NCBI GenBank assembly: GCA_041694815.1
Contig: JBGFSC010000033.1
Coordinates: forward strand, 32,001 to 96,000
Reading direction: 5' to 3'
Origin: Elusimicrobiota bacterium
GTDB taxonomy: Bacteria; Elusimicrobiota; Elusimicrobia; UBA1565; JACRDR01
DNA length: 64,000 bases
Part shown: positions 59,801 to 62,800 of the stretch, in pieces
Layout of the letters: each line of letters opens with the position of its first letter
How positions within the stretch are numbered: the stretch's first letter is position 1
The notes under the pieces: generated by a model
The model's input: only the letters and a program-made list of their open reading frames with translations
Database searches by the model: none
Told to the model about the DNA's origin: nothing
Position numbers and translations under genes: made by a program

Positions 59801-62800
59801 CTTCGCGGCCTCCACCGACACCTTGAGCTTCCCGTTGGACCGCTACGAGACCACGTTCTATTACCTCGACACGATGGCCAGCTCCTCCTACCCTCCGGGA
59901 CAGACGGCCCCCGTAATCGGGCTCTGGGACAAGGCCACGGTGCTATTTTCCACCTCCCAGGCCGTCAACATCACCCCCGAGGTAATCCAGGCGATCCGCG
60001 TGCGTCCCTCGACAAGCACGGCGTTGCTGGCCGGGACCACCTCGGAGATGATGGTCTTCGAATTGCAGGACCAGTTCGGCAACCCATCCGCGTTGCAATC
60101 GGGCCAGGAAGATCTCGGTCCCTCGCCGTGCCCGTTCCCGTGCGTGGAGTTCCAGCTGACCTCGGATTCCAACGGCAAGAAGCAGTTCTCGAGCCCGAAC
60201 GTCGGCGCCTTCAAGAACTCCACCGGTACGGCCTACATGGCCATCGGGCAGGCCGCGACGACCTTCTACCTCATCGACGACATGGTCTCGCCGACCACCT
60301 GGACCCTCACCGTAGAGACGGTGCGCAGCCACGGCTGGACGAAGGGCATCTCCACCTATACCGTCAAGCCCGGTCCTCCGGTCCTGGCGCTGTTTACGAC
60401 CCCGCAGCGCTACCTCATCGCGGGCACCACGGTCCAGTTGAGCACGGCGACGCAGCAGCCGATCCCGACCCCGATCACGCTGCGTCTCGTCGACGCCTTC
60501 GGCAATGTCACCTCCTCGAGCTGGGCCGCCCATACGGCGAACTTCTACTCGAACTTCACGGGCTCGACTCGCGGCGGCATCGACCCGACGCAGACGGTGG
60601 TCGACGGGGCCAACTGGCCCTTGATCGCGGCGAGCTCCTTGCCGGTGACGATTCCGGCCAACAGCAATTCGGCCACGGTGTATGTCTGGGACACCGTGGT
60701 CTCGACCCTGCCGCTGATGGCCTCGGTGATCCGTCAGGACGGCTACGCCCTGCCCCTCTCAAGCCAGAGCGTGTTCATCACGCCGGCGAAGGCCGACTAC
60801 ATCACCATCTACCATCCCTTCCCGGTGACGGCGCCCTTGAAGGTCAATACCCCCGGGATCCTGACCCGCAACGTGGGCGGCAAGAACCTGGGCGTCGTGA
60901 TGCGCGACCGCTACGGCAATATCGCCTCGGGGCATCCGATCAACAAGCAGCATTTCAGCGGTGCCGTGGTCTTCAGCACGAACCGCTCCACCAAGACGGT
61001 GAGCCTCGTCGACACGACGAACAGCACCACCACGCCGCGGATGTACGTGTTCAACGGCGAGTCCGACGCGACGCCCGGCATCTACAATGGACTGCAGATC
61101 CAAGACAGCATGGTCTCGGAACTTCAGGTTTTCGCGACCGCCTACGCCAACGCGGCGATCTGGGGCCGCACCAATGACGCCAGCCGCTCCTTCAACAACT
61201 CGCCCCCGCCGCCCTCCTCCGCCTTCTCGGACGGCAATGTCTTCACCGCCGGCCTCGTGGTCACGCCGACGGACATGGCCCCAGAACAGGACCCGGCCAC
61301 GGGCCTGGTGGTGGCGCATAAGCAGTCGTTCCAGAGCCGCGCGGTGTTGCGCCAGGGTGACGGCACGACCTCGAACTCGCCCGATCCGGTCCAGATGCTA
61401 CGGCTGTCCTTCAATATCCTGCCGTCGACGCCGACACTAAACGCCAAGCTTTCCGCCATCCGGGTGCTCAAGACGGGGTTCTTGGCCACCGATAAGGTCC
61501 CGGAGGTGGCGCTCTATTATGACGAGAACCATGACGGCCTCTTCCAGTCGGGCTCCGACGTGCGCATCGCCACGGCCGCCTTCGACGGTTCGGGCTGGCG
61601 CTTCGGCGATCCCAGCTACAATCTGACCCCGCTCAACGTGGCCGATCCGGGACGCACCTTCGTCGCCGGGGTCAATACCGAGGCGATGAATTTCTTCCTG
61701 ACCGTGCGCATTTCGTCCGCCGGTTACGGGGCGACGGAGCTGCCGAGCTCCTTGGGCATGAGCATCCCCTCGCCTTCCTACGTCACGCTGACGGGCGACA
61801 GCCTCACGGGAGTGGCGGAAAACAACTTCTCCATATTGACCGCGACGTCGGTGGTGCAGCGCGCCCCGGCGCAGATCTATGTCAAGGGCACCGATATCAA
61901 CGCCTGGTGGTCGCCTCCCTCCTTGAGCCTGTCGAGCTATAATTACGTCGACCAGGGCGCTTCGTTCGTGGGCGTGCTCAAGCTTCAGATGTGGACACCG
62001 AGCTTCACGGGCACGCTGGGCCGGGTCCACGTCATCCACACCGGTACGGGCTTGGACATCGATATCAAACGCCTGCATCTGTTCGTCGACTGCGATACCA
62101 ACGGGAATATCGCCAACGGCGACGGCAAGTTCCAGGCCTCCATCGACAAGGAGATCACCGACCCGGCCATCCTCGTGAAGTTCACCACCAACACCCCACG
62201 CGCCGCCGACCTCGTGCTCAAGGTCGACCCGAACGACAGCAACAATTACTCGTTCCGCACCATCACCCAGTCGACGATCACGTATTTCGTGGTCTATGAC
62301 TATGAACCCGCGGCCGTGGCGTACCTGGACCATGGAACGCAGGTCGGAACCGCCGACATCGTCCCGCTGGGTGGGGATGGCGACGTCGTGCCCTTCTCGA
62401 CCATCCTGACGACCAACGTATACGTGCGCCCGACGGCCGACCTAGCCGCCGTCGAGAAGGTCAACAACCCCGGCACCGGCAACGCCGCGGCGGTGCCCGC
62501 CTCCATCACCCAGGCCGATGCCAATCAACCGGTCATGAAGCTGACCCTGCGGACATTGAGCGGCGCGGCGAGCTGGTCGGGCCTGAAACTGGACCGTTGG
62601 GTGCCCTCGAGCTTGAGCGGCAGCGTCATCTTGAACAAGGCGGCCGACGTCAAGAATATCCAGATATGGGCGGATGTCAACGGGAACGGACTCCTGGATC
62701 CCACCACCGACCAAATCGTAAGTCCCTTGAGCGGCATCGTGCATAATTTCCCGCAAAGCACCCTGGGCGTGGCCATCAGTTCGACGCAGGCCGGGCCGCT

